From contig OX597815.1 of NCBI GenBank assembly GCA_951406725.2, positions 9,734,001 to 9,798,000 on the forward strand: a DNA stretch of 64,000 nucleotides, read 5' to 3'. This DNA comes from Octopus vulgaris. Its lineage: Eukaryota. The translations under genes and the position numbers were made by a program. The notes under the pieces were generated by a model, which saw only the letters and a program-made list of their open reading frames with translations, was not told the origin of the DNA and did not search any database. Below are positions 24,820 through 40,006 of this stretch, one piece after another. Position 1 is the stretch's first letter, and every line of letters begins with the position of its first letter.

Positions 24820-25688
24820 ACACACACACATACACACACATACATCATCATGTACATATATTCACACTAGAATGTACATATATACACACACACACACACA
24901 CACGAGTATATAACACAAACAAGTATATACACAAATGCTCACACACTAGATACACAAAAACACACACACACACAAACATACACAAACACACACACTAGCC
25001 TGTACACAGACATACAAACACTAGCATGTGCACATATACTCACAAACAAGTATATACACAAATGCTCACACACTAGATACACACACACACAAACACACAC
25101 ACTAACATGCACACAAACACACACACAAACACACACACTAACATGCACACAAACATACACACACAAACACACACACAAACACACACACAAACACACACAC
25201 AAACACACACACTAACATGCACACAAACACACACACAAACACACACACTAACATGCACACAAACACACACACAAACACACACACTAACATGCACACAAAC
25301 ACACACACACAAACAAACACACACAAACACACACACAAACACACACACAAACACACACACTAACATGCACACAAACACACACACAAACACACACACTAAC
25401 ATGCACACAAACACACACACACAAACACACACACAAACACACACACAAACACACACACACACACACTAACATGCACACAAACACACACACAAACACACAC
25501 ACTAACATGCACACAAACACACACACAAACACACACACTAACACACACACAAACACACACACAAACACACACACTAACACACACACAAACACACACACTA
25601 ACATGCACACAAACACACATACTAGCCTGTACACAGACATACTAATACTAGCATGTACACACATACTCAAACAAGCACAATGGCATGT

Positions 25689-25722
<34 letters not shown>
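24820..25722. repeat. CA-rich mini/microsatellite
   Basis: 12-bp register (acacacacacaa) with periodic ctaacatgcac variant. Confidence 0.9.
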
Positions 25723-25727
<5 letters not shown>

Positions 25728-25869
25728 CATGCTGTATGAATTTCCAATTAATTCTGAAGTTTTGTTCTGTTATTTGGTTCGTTTAACAGAAAGAATTAAA
25801 GACAACACCAAACTGTGCCCACGACACCAGGTTGAGGAGGAGGAGGAGGGTGGAGGCAATGAGTTGTGG

Positions 25870-26306
25870 TGAGAGAGGGGGAGAGAGGGGAATGAGGGAG
25901 AGAAGGAGGGGGAAAGAAAGAAGGAGGGAGAGAAAGAGAGAGAGAGATGAGGGAGCGAGAAGGAGGGAGAGAGAGGAGGGAGAGAGAGAGAGGAAGGAGA
26001 GAGGAGGGGGAGAGAGAAGGAGGGAGAGAGATAAGGAGGGAGAGAGAGAGGAGGGAGAGAGAGAAAAGGAGGGAGAGAGAGGAGGGAGGGAGAGTGAAGG
26101 AGGGAGAGAGAGAAGGGAGGAGAAAGAGAGAAGGAGAGAGAGAGAGAAGGAGGGAAGGAGAAGGAGCGAGAGAGAAGAAGCGAGAGAGAAGGAGAAGGAG
26201 CGAGAGAGAGAGAGGAGAGAGAAGGAGGGAGAGAGAGAAGGATGGGGAGAGAGAGAAGGAGGGAGAGAGAGAGAGAAGGAGAGAGAGAGAGAGAAGGAGG
26301 GAGAGA
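25870..26306. repeat. Polypurine (GA/GGA) tract
   Basis: Almost exclusively G/A on the plus strand. Confidence 0.9.
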
Positions 26307-26759
26307 TGTGATGGAAGGTGTGTGGGGGGGGAGGGAATTCCAATATTGCATAAGAATTTCTCAGAAGATTACCATCTTTAAATGAGATACGAGTGATGGT
26401 GGGGGGGGGGGGATATGTTGAGATGCAAGCAAGTGGTGTCGGTTGTGGTTGTGGTTGTGGTGGTGGTGGTGGTTGTGGTTGTGGTTACAGTAAGGTGGTG
26501 GTAACAGAGATGGAAGAACAAAGTGGTGGAAGGCAGGGTGTCGGCAGTGAAAGTAAAGTGGTGGTAATGATTGCTGTAATGGTGACGGCGGTGGCAGCAG
26601 TGGTGATGGTGGTGGTGGTGGTGGTGGTGGTGATGGTGGTAGTGGTGGAGGTGGTAGTGGAGATGGTAGGGGGTGGGGGGGTGGAGGTTATTAGCAAAGT
26701 TGGAAGGAAAAGAGACAATACTTCCTTGTGAAGGAAACGATGATGCAGCTATACTGCTT

Positions 26760-26795
<36 letters not shown>

Positions 26796-27233
26796 CACTG
26801 CACATGCAAATATATATATATATACTGCACACAAAGACATGCTCTGCTACACACACACACACACACACACTCACAAACACACATACAAGACATGTACTAC
26901 TATACACACATAGTGCTGCACACGCAAACACTCACAAACACACATACAGACATGTACTGCTATACACACACACTGCTGCACACACACACACACACACATA
27001 TATAGACATGTACAGCTATACACACACACTGCTGCACACACACACACACACTCTCACAAACACACACACACACATATACAGACATGTACTGCTATACACA
27101 TACAGCTGCACACACACACACACACACATATATAGACATGTACTGCTATACACACACACTGCTGCACACACACACACACACTCTCACAAACACACACACA
27201 TATACAGACATGTACTGCTATACACACATACAG

Positions 27234-27274
<41 letters not shown>

Positions 27275-27408
27275 GACATGTACTGCTATACACACACACT
27301 GCTGCACACACACACACACACACTCTCACAAACACACACACACACATATACAGACATGTACTGCTATACACACACACTGCTGCACACACACACGCACACA
27401 CACACACT

Positions 27409-27442
<34 letters not shown>

Positions 27443-27715
27443 GACATGTACAGCTATACACACACACTGCTGCACACACACACACACACACACACACTCT
27501 CACAAACACACACACACACATATACAGACATGTACTGCTATACACACACACTGCTGCACACACACACACACACACACACACTCTCACAAACACATATACA
27601 GACATGTACAGCTATACACACACACTGCTGCACACACACACGCACACACACACACTCTCACAACACACACACACACACACATATATAGACATGTACTGCT
27701 ATACACACATACAGC

Positions 27716-27749
<34 letters not shown>

Positions 27750-27933
27750 GACATGTACTGCTATACACACACACACTGCTGCACACACACACACACACAC
27801 TCACAAACACACATACAGACATGCACTGCTACACACACACACTGCTGCACACACACACACACACTCTCACAAACACACACACACACACACACATACAGAC
27901 ATGTACTGCTATACACACATATTGCTGCACATA

Positions 27934-27967
<34 letters not shown>

Positions 27968-27970
27968 CCA
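26760..27970. repeat. Minisatellite with core gacatgtactgctatacac and variable (CA)n spacers
   Basis: Core recurs more than 10 times, separated by (CA)n of variable length. Confidence 0.9.
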
Positions 27971-28127
27971 TGACACATGCAAACACGTATGATTGCACAT
28001 GCAAACATGTACCACTGCACATGTACTGTTGCACATATGTGCAGCTGTGCACATGTAATGCCAGCAGCTGAATTTGGTTCAATACTCTTTCATTTCAAGA
28101 ATTGGAATAGTTTTCTGGGGACCCAAT

Positions 28128-28502
28128 GGTGACGATGGTGGTGGTGGTGGTAGTGGTGGTGGTGGCGGCAGTGGTGGTGATGGTGGTGATGGTGGTGGTG
28201 GTGGTAGTGGTGGTGGTGGCAGTGGTGGTGGTGGTGGTGGTGGTGGTGGTGGGTGTGGTGGTGGTGGTGGCGGCAGTGGTGATGGTGGTGATGGTGGTGG
28301 TGGTGGTGGTGGCAGTGGTGGTGGTGGTGGCGGCAGTGGTGATGGTGGTGATGGTGGTGGTGGTGGTAGTGGTGGTGGTGGCAGTGGTGGTGGTGGTGGT
28401 GGTAGTGGTGGTGGCGGAAGTGGTGGTGGTGGTGGCGGCAGTGGTGATGGTGGTGATGGTGGTGGTGGTGGTGGTGGCAGTGGTGGTGGTGGTGGCAGTG
28501 GA
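28128..28502. repeat. (GGT)n tract with higher-order variants
   Basis: Direct inspection; source of the poly-G/P/T/V ORFs. Confidence 0.9.
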
Positions 28503-29185
28503 GACAGTTTGTGAGGTAGTTGTGGTAGCAATTAATGTAGTGGTGGTGGTCATGGTGGTGACAGAGGCAGTGGTAGATTTGGTGATGGTGGTAGCGATAG
28601 TAGTACCATTACTATAGCAGTGGCTGTTGTTGTTGTTGTTGTTGTTGGTGATGCAACCGTGGCGACAGTGAGGTGGTTGTTGTAATGGTGGAGGTGATGG
28701 TTGTGGCGGTGGTGTTTGGTGGCGGCATAGTGATGGTTTGTAGTTGTTGTTGTTGTTGTAGTGGTGGTGTGGCCTTACTCTCCAGCTGCCAATGTCACGG
28801 TGATCAGTGCCGTAGGTCGCAGGGAGAGAAAAGGGAACGAGAGAGGCAGGTAAACGTAGATAGACAGAAAGTACAATAGAGAGTGGAGACATGTAAATAA
28901 AGATGAAGAAGAGAAAAAGAGAAAGACATAGGAATGGGCAGAAGGGAAAAGGAAGAGAAAGAAAGAGACTGATGGAAAGATGAAGTGAGGAAAAAGAGAG
29001 AGAGACATAGACATAGAGAGGATGCAAGAGAGAGAGAGAGAGAGAGAGGAAATTGAGGAAGAGTAATATAACAAAATAGAAACAGCAAGATAGAGAGTTT
29101 TCAGTTGAGATGGAGATTATATATATATATGTATGTATATATATATATATATATATATATACATACAGATATATTTATATATATA

Positions 29186-29350
29186 GGTGCAGGAGTGGCT
29201 GTGTGGTAAGTAGCTTGCTTACCAATCACATGGTTCCGGGTTCAATTCCACTACGTGGCACCTTGGGCAAGTGTCTTCTGCTATAGCCCCGGGCCGACCA
29301 ATGCCTTGTGAGTGGATTTGGTAGACGGAAACTGAAAGAAGCCCGTCGTA

Positions 29351-29383
<33 letters not shown>

Positions 29384-29598
29384 GCGTGTATATGTTTGTG
29401 TGTCTGTGTTTGTCCCCCCTAGCATTGCTTGACAACCGATGCTGGTGTGTTTACGTCCCCATCACTTAGCGGTTTGGCAAAAGAGAACGATAGAATACGT
29501 ACTGGGCTTACAAAGAATAAGTCCTGGGGTCGATTTGCTCGACTAAAGGCGGTGCTCCAGCATGGCCGCAGTCAAATGACTGAAACAAGTAAAAGAGT
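29186..29598 (+). mobile_element. SINE family A, full length
   Basis: A box tggctgtgtggt, B box gggttcaattcc, CORE-like accttgggcaagtg, internal (TA)n/(TG)n, tail aagtaaaagag. Further copies at 30405-30826+, 37850-38254-, 42249-42697+, 46078-46770+, 47384-47776+, 49107-49935+, 55330-55736-, 57076-57512-, 62178-62575-, 62891-63975+. Confidence 0.9.
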
Positions 29599-30567
29599 AT
29601 ATATATATATATAATATATATATATATAATATATATATATATAGATTACATATATATATTATATATTATATATAATAGATATAGATAGTACTAAGCAGAG
29701 AAAAGTAGAAAAAGATGAGTAAGATTATGTAACAAAGAAGGAGAGAGAGAGAGGGGGAGGGAGAGAGAGAGGGCAGGTAGTCAGGTAGATAAACAGGCTG
29801 ATAGACAGACAGGTAGATGGAAAAGCAGAGGCCAATGGCGGGGGTGGGGGGGGTAGGCAGCGGCAGAATAACAGAGGCAGATAGACAGACAGACAGAGAC
29901 AGAGACAGATTTATAGATAGATAAAGAAGGTAAGTATTAGAAAATTCTTGGATTGGTGGAGACAGAGTCAAGAAGAAGAAGAAGATAATAAGAAAGATAA
30001 TAAGAAAGCAAAAAATATAACAAAATAATGAAGAAACTTTAAAGAATTGACTGGATTCAAATTGAAAGGAACAGAAATCAATAGAAGCTGGAGAATGAAG
30101 AATTATTCTCTAAAAAGTCTTAGAGCAGATCGTCTTTATGCCATTATTGTGGTGTAAGTAATTGAGCTTAAATTAAAGTGAGGTATAGGTAGAAACAAAA
30201 GCCCAGCTTCAGTAAACAACATGCTTCGGTGAACTCAGGAGTTACACTCAGTGAACCTGATATGTCTTCTGTAATGCAGATTTCATCAAGCTTTATATAA
30301 TGCGAGCAGAGGTACCCGGTGTTGCTTGGGCACCAAATATATATAGAATTTTTTTTTTATTGTTGAATTCAAATTATTTAACTCTTAGCAAGTTTTTACA
30401 TAGAGGCGCAGGAGTAGCTGTGTGGTAAGTAGCTTGCTTACCAACCACGTAGTCCTGGGTTCAGTCCCACTGCGTGGCACCTTGGGCAAGTGTCTTCTAC
30501 TATAGCCTCGGGCCGACCAAAGCCTTGTGAGTGGATTTGGTAGACGGAAACTGGAAGAAACCTGTTG

Positions 30568-30605
<38 letters not shown>

Positions 30606-33600
30606 TATATGTATATGTTTGTGTGTCTGTTTGTCCCCTCAACATCGCTTGACAACCGATGCTGGTGTGTTTACGTCCCCGTAACTTAGCGGTTTGGTGA
30701 AAAAGACCGATAGAATAAGTACTAGGCTTACAAGGAATAAGTCCTGGGGTCGATTTGCTTGACTAAAGTTGGTGCTCCAGCATGGCCACAGTCAAATGAC
30801 TGAAACAAGTAAAAGAGTAAAGAGAGTTTATTGCATGTAATTATACTTGCATATATTTTCTATTGTGATGCAGAAACACATCTAAGCTTAACTTTTTCCA
30901 GGGGTCTATACTATGTGAAGCTTATGAGATTGTGTTTATTGATAGTTTAATTTTGTGACTTAAAATACCACCATTATATTTTTCTATATTCTCTTGTGAT
31001 TTTACACTGATATGCAACATACAAAACAGAAACAATTCTAACAGAACTGTTGTTTTATTCAGCAAGAACTCTTGAGTAGACAGCAATTTTTTGCGATGTT
31101 GCTAATTGTTTGCTGTTTATCGTTTTATGTCCGCTTTCCTTGCTAGCATGGGTTGGACGATTTTGACTGAGGGCTGGTGAAGCGGATGGCTGCACTAGGC
31201 TTCAGTCTTGATCTGGCAGAGTTTCTACAGCTGGCTTCCTAACACCAACCACTCTGAGAGTGTAGTGGGTGCTTTTTACGAGTCACTGGTATGGGGGCCA
31301 GTCAGGCAGTACTGGCAATGACCTTGCTCAAATCTTTTACACATGCCACTGGCACAGGTGCCAATGAGGCGATGCTGGTAACGATCATGCTCGAATGGTG
31401 TCTTTTACATGCCATCAGCACAGAGGCCAGATAGCCGCACTGGCAACGATCACGCTCGGATGGTGCTCGATGGAAATATGTCTACTTGGTCTAATCCACG
31501 AAAATGAAACAAAAAGCTGAGAAAAACATGTACTTGTCACTTCAATTCACCCATGAAGCACCATTCTTGAGATTTGTTGATAGCCAAAGAAAAAGGCATT
31601 GTTGCAAAAAACTGAAGGTACTTGAACTGAAAATACACAGCTTATGTGAGGAAGGGATGTGAGGAATGAAAACTTCTCTCTTAGCATAATCAGTCACATA
31701 GGTGGCTTCAATGGAAGATAAGAGTTTTGAAAGTTATTCCTGTGATGATTGCAAAGTTTTGGTGTTCAGGTTGAAATGATGTCAGTTGATGTCCGTGAGA
31801 AAAACATGAACAGTTTATGAGTCAATGGGGGAGCCCCTACATGGTCATTCAGCCATCAAGGAATAGTAGTTAGATTTGGTCCTAGATACTACAGTATACC
31901 TGAATAAAAGATCAAGTGGTTACAACAAGAATGTCTTAGATTACCAATCTATTGCATCAGGAACAGGGACATGTAGAGAATTCCAGAGTGAAGCAGGATT
32001 CAGGGAAGAAATGATTGGCTAAAGTGAAATACCTTTCCACTAAATAGCCAGAAAATTCCAGCCTCGTTAATTTAAACGAAATACATCATAATTTTCTAAT
32101 GTGAGATAACCAGTTTAATACACTGGAATTGACATTTTCTGTTTGCTATAAAGACTTCATTTGATAATTTGTTAATAACTTTATAGAATAATTACAAATG
32201 ATATGTGTCGCAGTGAATGTGAGTGACACTTGTTGAAGGGGCAGTGACCCCAATTTAATGCAAGGTGAAGTAGATCCCCATGAAAACTATAATCGCTTTG
32301 ATAGTGACCCTTAGAGGTGAAGTTTATGGGAAAAGTGAACAACATTAAACCGCAAACAATGAGTTGATGTCAGAGAGAACGCTGAGTTAACAAATAAGTT
32401 GAAAGAAACTATATTTCATGGTAGAACACCCAGTGCAATGGCGACCAACCAACACAAACACTTACAAATAGATAAATTGTGTTTGCAATATCAAACTAAG
32501 TTATACGGATAGGAATCTGGTTCTATAGAAATCAGAATTCTTGAAATAACAAACTAATTACAACTGTTTCAGGCTTTGTTTGATAATTTCTGATGGTAAT
32601 TCAATAAAGAAAACTGAATCAATGGAATCATGTTGCTGCCACTGGAATGGTAGATGAGACGGAGGTGGAGGAGGAAGAGGAAGAGAGATGGAGAAGGTGA
32701 CGAAAGAAGAGACAGACTTCTAAGAAGGACTTAACCAAAATCAAAGCTAATCTAATGACCAATAGAATAACTGGTTTTTATATTATACAATCTAATTAGA
32801 CAAGTGCTGATGATGTCCATGATGTTGTTGTTATTGTGTTGTTGTTATTCTTGTGCATCTATTGTGGGAAGCAACATTCTGTAATAATGTGGGAGTTCTT
32901 TAGATTACTAAACAGTTTGGATTTGTTAGTTTCACAGAAGGAACCAAAGCATTTTTTGTAAATGTTAAATATATTTTTTATTTATTCCTAAATCCAATAA
33001 TTCTATAAAAACTAACTCACAAACCAATAAGAGAATGTCCACACAGTAACCTAAACTGTTAGAAATAGCAGCTAAATCCTTTACACATCACACCCTGCTA
33101 TCTTAAATAGGAAAAAGATACACTGGATAATGTAAACCTTGATAGGAGGAATTACAACCGTGTTTCATGGTCTGCTACCACAACAGCTCCTTTATAGGAT
33201 CCAGTTAGCTCAAGACATCATCAGGAGGAACCACGTCCGGTTTCGGCCCCTACTCCTCTACCATTTTGACGTGGCGGAGCCCCCTCTTTCGGAGGTGTCT
33301 TCAGCTCTGGTGTTGGGTGCTTGTCTTCTTCTTTCTTCTGTTCCCTGGCCTCTTCGATGTAGCGTCAACGAGTGTCAGCCGGTGACTGACTGACTTGTCA
33401 AATTTTTTATTTTTTCCCTTTAAATACCTGCCACTAGGCTCCAGCAGGCAGCCACAGCAAGTTGTCACATGACACTGTCTCAACTTTAACTGAACAATGA
33501 AGGCATGTAGTCTTAGCCCACGCATTCTCTATATTGAAAAATAAAACAGCTGGTATGTTTTTGATAAGTAGTTTGCTCAAAACCAGTACTGAACAACAAA

Positions 33601-33821
33601 ACTAATTCCAGTGACCTGAAAAAGGCAGCCAAATCTTTCTCAATTCAGTACAAGATCCACTTTGGTCATGAATGACCATGGGATGCACCTAGGCAGTTCC
33701 CGTCCAAGGCACAAGTCTGAGCAAGATTGTTTATGGAGGACCAGCAGTCACCCATGCATACCAGCCTTTCCCCTCCATACCACTGATGTTATTATCCAAG
33801 GGAAAGGCAAAGACCAATACC

Positions 33822-34054
33822 TATTTCTTTACTACCCACAAGGGGCTAAATACAGAGGGGACAAATAAGGACAGACAAACGGATCAAGTCGATTACATCG
33901 ACGCCAGTGCGTAACTGGTACTTAATTTATCGACCCCAAAAGGGTGAAAGGCAAAGTCGACCTCGGCGGAATTTGAACTCAGAACGTAACGGCAGACGAA
34001 ATACGGCTACGCATTTCGCCCGGTGTGCTAACGTTTCTGCCAGCTCGTCACCTT
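33822..34054 (-). mobile_element. SINE family B monomer nested in a family E SINE
   Basis: Head plus a single body; 3' end abuts aatacc. Confidence 0.85.
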
Positions 34055-34952
34055 GGTGACATCACAGCTCATTTCTACAGCTGAGTAAACTGGAGCAACA
34101 TGAAACAAAGTGTCTTGCTCAAGAACACAACATACCGCCCAGTCTGGGAACTGAACTCACTACCTCACACTTATGAGCCTGACACTCTAACCACTGAGCC
34201 ACATGCCTTGATATTCAATTCCTAATACCTTCTTGAATAAGGAAGAACATGTTAGATTGATGTCCTAGATATACTATATCAGTAAATAGGATGACATGGT
34301 CACAGATGGGACACCTTTGAGCATATGCTTAAGTGACCAGGTCTGCTGAACAAAAACATGAATTGATTTACATCTACAACTTTCTGGCCTTGGACAAAAA
34401 ATTTCATAAAGCATTAATTCATCACTTAAAAATGTTCACATCATCATCATCATCATCATCATCATTTAACGTCCGCTTTCCATGCTAGCATGGGTTGGAC
34501 GATTTTGACTGAGGGCTGGTGAACCAGACGGCTGCAAAACCAGGCTCCAATCATGATCTGGCAGATTTTCTACAGCTAGATGCCCTTCCTAATGCCAACC
34601 ACTCCGAGAGTGTAGTGGGTGCTTTTTATGTGCCACCAGCATGGGGGCCAGTTAGGCGGTACTGGCAATGACCTCGCTCGAATCTTTTTACACATGCCAC
34701 TGACACAGGTGCCAGTAAGGCGACGTTGGTAACGATCATGCTTGAATGGTTCCCTTTTATATATTTCACAAAATATATAAATAAATGAACGAAATGCAAA
34801 TAAAACACCAATAGATAAATAAATAAAACAGACTTAAAGGGCCCTGTCAGGACTGTTTGCTTAAGAAGTTTGTTTCACAACATAACCCCCAGGTTCAAGA
34901 CTACTGAACAGCATCCCAGGCAAGTGTCTTTGGGGTCAGAAACTGATAGGAA

Positions 34953-35304
34953 TTCTCTCTCACTCTCTCTCTTTTTCTCTCTCTCTCCCTCTCTCTCATG
35001 CTCCCCTATCTCTCTCTCTCTCCCCTATCTCTCTCTCCCCTATCTCTCTCTCCCCTATCTCTCTCTCTTTCTATCTCTCCACCCCCTCTCTCTCCCTCTC
35101 TTTCTATCTCTCCACCCCCTCTCTCCCTATCTCTCTCTCCCCTATCTCTCTCTCCCTCTCTCTCTCTCCCTATCTCTCTCTCCCCTATTTCTTTCTCTCC
35201 CCTATCTCTCCCTCCTCTCTCTCTCCCTATCTCTCTCTCCCCTATATCTCTCCCTCTCTCTCCCTGTCTCTCTCCCCTATCTCCCTCTCTCTCTCTCTCT
35301 CTCT
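34953..35304. repeat. Polypyrimidine (CT)n/ccctatctctctct minisatellite
   Basis: Direct inspection. Confidence 0.9.
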
Positions 35305-36169
35305 GCATGTTTGTGTCTACCCTTGTCTTGACATCATGGTGATAAACGAGCATCACTGTCACACAGGTAATGTTGTTCCTGTCCACTCTTGCACAAAAAA
35401 CATGTCTGGCCATGGGGAAGCATCATCTTGCTTGGAAACAGGTGAAAGTTGGTGACAGGAAGAGCATCCACCTGTAAAAACTTGCTTCAACAAATTCCAT
35501 ATGATTCAAGTAAACATGGAAAAACAGATATTAATGATGAAAACCTACATGGAAGCCCATCAGAAGAACTATTCTTATTCTTGGATGCCTTCCTCTGAGT
35601 TCATTCCACACATACACACATACACACACACACACATAGTACAGACATTGTCATATGGTTCAGGAGCTACGTTTGCTTCATAACCAGAAGGTTAAAAAGT
35701 TCATTTTGCAGTCATGTGGCTCCAGGTTCAATCCCATTGCACAGAACCGGTCTGAACCCGGAACCATGTGGTTGGTAAGCAAGCTACTTACAACACATAA
35801 CCTTAAGCAAATGTTTTCTGCTGTAGCATTGGATCAATAAATGCCTTGCGACTGGAATTTGATCGACAGGAACTGTGCAGAAGCATATATCGTGTGTGTG
35901 TATGTGCATGTTTAGATGGATGGGTGGGTGTGTATGTGCCAGTGTTTACATATACCAGCATAAACTGGTGTGTCAGGCTGCATTCTATTAAATCAAAAAA
36001 GAAACTTAAAAGATTTGATAAAGATTGTCAAAGTAAATACCAAATGGAATTAAGTACAGGGATCAATATGATCAACTAAAACACTTGAAAGCACTGCCCT
36101 AGTATGGCCACAATCCAAAGATCAAAACCAAAGAAAGGATCAAATACATATTCCAATTCTAGGGTTATC

Positions 36170-36410
36170 ACTCCTGGTGGAGGAACTCCTCCCTGGGCTC
36201 CTTCCACTGTTGTCTATCTCTGGTCAGTCACGGCCATGTAGGGCCCAGTTAGGAGTGAGGTCATCTTGCCATCATTGTCTATAGTCAGCCTTTTGATCTT
36301 GTCTGCTGTCTTGGTGTCCCTTCTGTCACCCTGATTATCCATCCATTGTCCTTCGGTTGCACAATGTGGCCAGCCCATCCATATTTTTTGTCCTTGATAG
36401 TTTTTTAGCC
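36170..36410 (-). mobile_element. Decayed RTE-clade LINE 3' end
   Basis: KYGWAGHIVQPKDNGWIIRVTEGTPR..RDRQQWKE motifs across frameshifts. Confidence 0.65.
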
Positions 36411-37099
36411 TTGCGGCCATTGCCAGCCTCTCCTGCCCTCCGTGCTGGTGGCACATAAAAAAGCACCAACCAATCATGGCTGTTTGCCAGCCTCGTCTGG
36501 CACCTGTGCTGGTGGTACGTAAAAAGCACCCACTACACTCATGGAGTGGTTGGCGTTAGAAAGGGCATCCAGCCGTAGAAACATTGCCAGATCAAGACTG
36601 GAGCCTGGTGCAGCCTTCTGGCTTCCCAGACCCCAGTTGAACCGTCTAACCCATGCCAGCATAGAAAGCAGACACTAAACGATGATGATGAAAGGAGAAA
36701 AAGGATTAAAAACCCAGGCAAATACTTTATATAAGCATTCAGTAGGGCTCAAACTTGGGTAACTAAATTGTCCAGTGAAAGAAAGCCACTGTAATCCACG
36801 TAGGCCATAAATCTACTTTCCACTGCCTATCCAATTCATAAATTTGAAGTTTAAACAATGAATAGATTCAGAAAAAGTCACAGAGTAAAGAATGAAATTA
36901 TACTTTATTTAATCAGTTTATGCATGTTTTGGTTAGTTTGGCAAATCACAAAATTCTGCAATGCAGTAATCATGCATATCAATTTATTCCATATTTGATT
37001 GACTGATATTCTACAGAGATAGAGAATTTAACACCATCCTATCCTTGTCAAAGCAAACCACACAGCCGGGAATAGAGAACGTTTTTAAAAGAAATAGAT

Positions 37100-37344
37100 A
37101 GTAGTAAAACTGAAGGTAAATTTATATGGAGCCACAAGGGAGGAATTTTAGGCATGATATTAAATGTTCTATAATAAGTAGTGCACTACCATATAACAGA
37201 GGGGAAGTAAAATGCAAATTATGCCTTGAGGAAGCACTGCATATTCTTACATCCAAATCTAACATATTAAATGAAGGTAATGAATTAATGTTCAGATGTA
37301 CAAATATATTTAGAAGAACTTTTAAAACCTTCCCAAATGCATGA
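37100..37344 (+). mobile_element. Penelope-like element, C-terminal part of the GIY-YIG endonuclease region
   Basis: KFIWSHK..IKCSIISSALPYNRGEVKCKLCLEEALHILTSKSNILNEGNELMFRC matches the I-W..PY..CxLCLEEK..LN.R.EL..C pattern recalled for invertebrate PLEs. Confidence 0.75.
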
Positions 37345-37524
37345 GTACTTCGCATGCATCAGTAAATTTACATGACTTGCTACTATTATTACACCATACT
37401 ACATTTTTACTACTACTACTACTACTACTAATATTCTACTACTACATGGTCATTCTAACTATTCCATGTAGTATGTGTCACATCTATTACTACTACTAAT
37501 GATAATAATACTACTACTACTAGT

Positions 37525-37732
37525 TCCACATTTTGCCACAAGGGCAGCAATTTTGGGGAAGGGGATGAGTTGATTACATCGATCCCCAGTGTTCAACCAG
37601 TACTTAATTTATTGATCCCAAAAGGATGAGAGTCAAAGTTGACCTCAATGAAACTTGAACTCAACATAAAGACAGATGAAATGATGCTAAGCATTTTGCC
37701 CAGTATACTAACAATTCTACCAGCTTGACACT
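37525..37732 (-). mobile_element. Older monomeric B-related SINE with a different 3' end
   Basis: Shares the family B head and central domain; similar copies at ~38305-38518 and ~58970-59186, next to (TAA)/(TAC) tracts. Confidence 0.7.
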
Positions 37733-37780
37733 TTACTACTACTACTACTACTACTAATGATGATGGTGATGAAGATGATG

Positions 37781-37828
<48 letters not shown>

Positions 37829-38253
37829 GTAATAATAAAAATAATAATTCTTTCACTTGTTTCAGTCATTTTGACTGCAGCCATGCTAGAGCACCACCTT
37901 TTTAGTCGAGCAAATCGACCCCAGGACTTATTCTTTGTAAGCCTAGTACTTATTCTATAGGTCACTTCTTGCCGAACCGCTAGGTTACGGGGATGTTAAC
38001 ACACCAGCATCGGTTGTCAAGATATGTTGGGCGGACAAACACAGACACACAAACATATACACACACACATATATATATATATACATATATACGATGGTCT
38101 TCGTTCAGTTTCTGTCTACAAATCCACTCACAAGGCTTTGGTCAACCCGAGGCTATAGTAGAAGACACTTGCTCAAGGTGCCATGCAGTGGGTTTGAACC
38201 CGGAACCATGTGGTTGGTAAGCAAGCTACTTACCACACAGCCACTCCTGCACC

Positions 38254-38303
<50 letters not shown>

Positions 38304-38558
38304 CTTTTCTCCTTCAGTCACAAAACCTGAAATTTTAGGATAGGGAACTAGTTGATTACACTGACCCTAGTGCTCAACTGGTACTTATTTCATTGATCCC
38401 GAAAAGATGAAAGGGAAAGCCGACCTCGGCGGAATTTGAACTCAGAATGTAAAGACAGATGAAACGCTACTACACATTTTATCCAGCATGCTAAAAAGAT
38501 TCTTCCAGCTCACCACCTTAATAATAATAATAATAATAATAATAACAATAACAATAAC

Positions 38559-38597
<39 letters not shown>

Positions 38598-38987
38598 CTA
38601 GTCTAGTATCCATGACACAATAGATGTGTAACATACTACTACCATTACCAACACTACTACTATTACAATGAAGACTGCTACTACTATGACTACTACTGCT
38701 ATTACTACTGCTACTACTACTACTACTATTACTATAACAACTACTATCACCATCACCACGGCCACCAATACACTACATTTGAAGACTCATTCATTTTAAG
38801 TGAACTCCCGGGACTGAAATATCCCGCTACCACCTCCCACCCCACCACACTCAACAAATCTTACAACAAAAGAAACTGGTATATTGGAATCTCAGAGAAA
38901 TATTGGAATATTTGTGACTTATTTCAATATGTTGACTATAATTACAACAGTAAATGTACTGACTTATTTCAAACCATCATCATTCAA

Positions 38988-39001
38988 ATATACATACATA
39001 A

Positions 39002-39054
<53 letters not shown>

Positions 39055-39063
39055 AATACATGC

Positions 39064-39124
<61 letters not shown>

Positions 39125-39227
39125 CATACATACATATATATAATATATATATATATATATACATACATACATATATATATATATACATACATACATAATA
39201 TATATATATATATATACATAATACATG

Positions 39228-39259
<32 letters not shown>

Positions 39260-39302
39260 CATACATACATATATATATATATACATACATACATATATAT
39301 AT

Positions 39303-39333
<31 letters not shown>

Positions 39334-39628
39334 CATACATACATACATATATATACATACATACATATATATATACATACATACATATATATACATACAT
39401 ACATACATATATATACATACATACATATATATATACATACATACATATATATACATACATACATATATATATACATACATACATATATATATACATACAT
39501 ACATACATATATACATACATACATATATATATATATACATATATATATATACATACATACATATATATATATATACATATATATATATACATACATACAT
39601 ACATATATATATATATACATATATATAT

Positions 39629-39661
<33 letters not shown>

Positions 39662-39716
39662 TACATATATATATATACATACATACATACATACATATAT
39701 ATATACATATATATAT

Positions 39717-39749
<33 letters not shown>

Positions 39750-39759
39750 TATATATACA

Positions 39760-39827
<68 letters not shown>

Positions 39828-39859
39828 CATACATACATACATACATATATATATATATA

Positions 39860-39905
<46 letters not shown>

Positions 39906-40006
39906 CATACATACATACATACATATATATATACATGAATATATATATATATTTATACATACACACGCACACACACACACATACACACACACACACACAC
40001 GCACAT

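Noticed and set aside
26760-27970. CRISPR-like repeat/spacer pattern
   Set aside because: Spacers are (CA)n runs rather than unique sequence; eukaryotic context with no cas genes.
28074-28514. Glycine-rich or proline-rich structural protein
   Set aside because: (GGT)n tract open in several frames; no signal peptide or splice sites.
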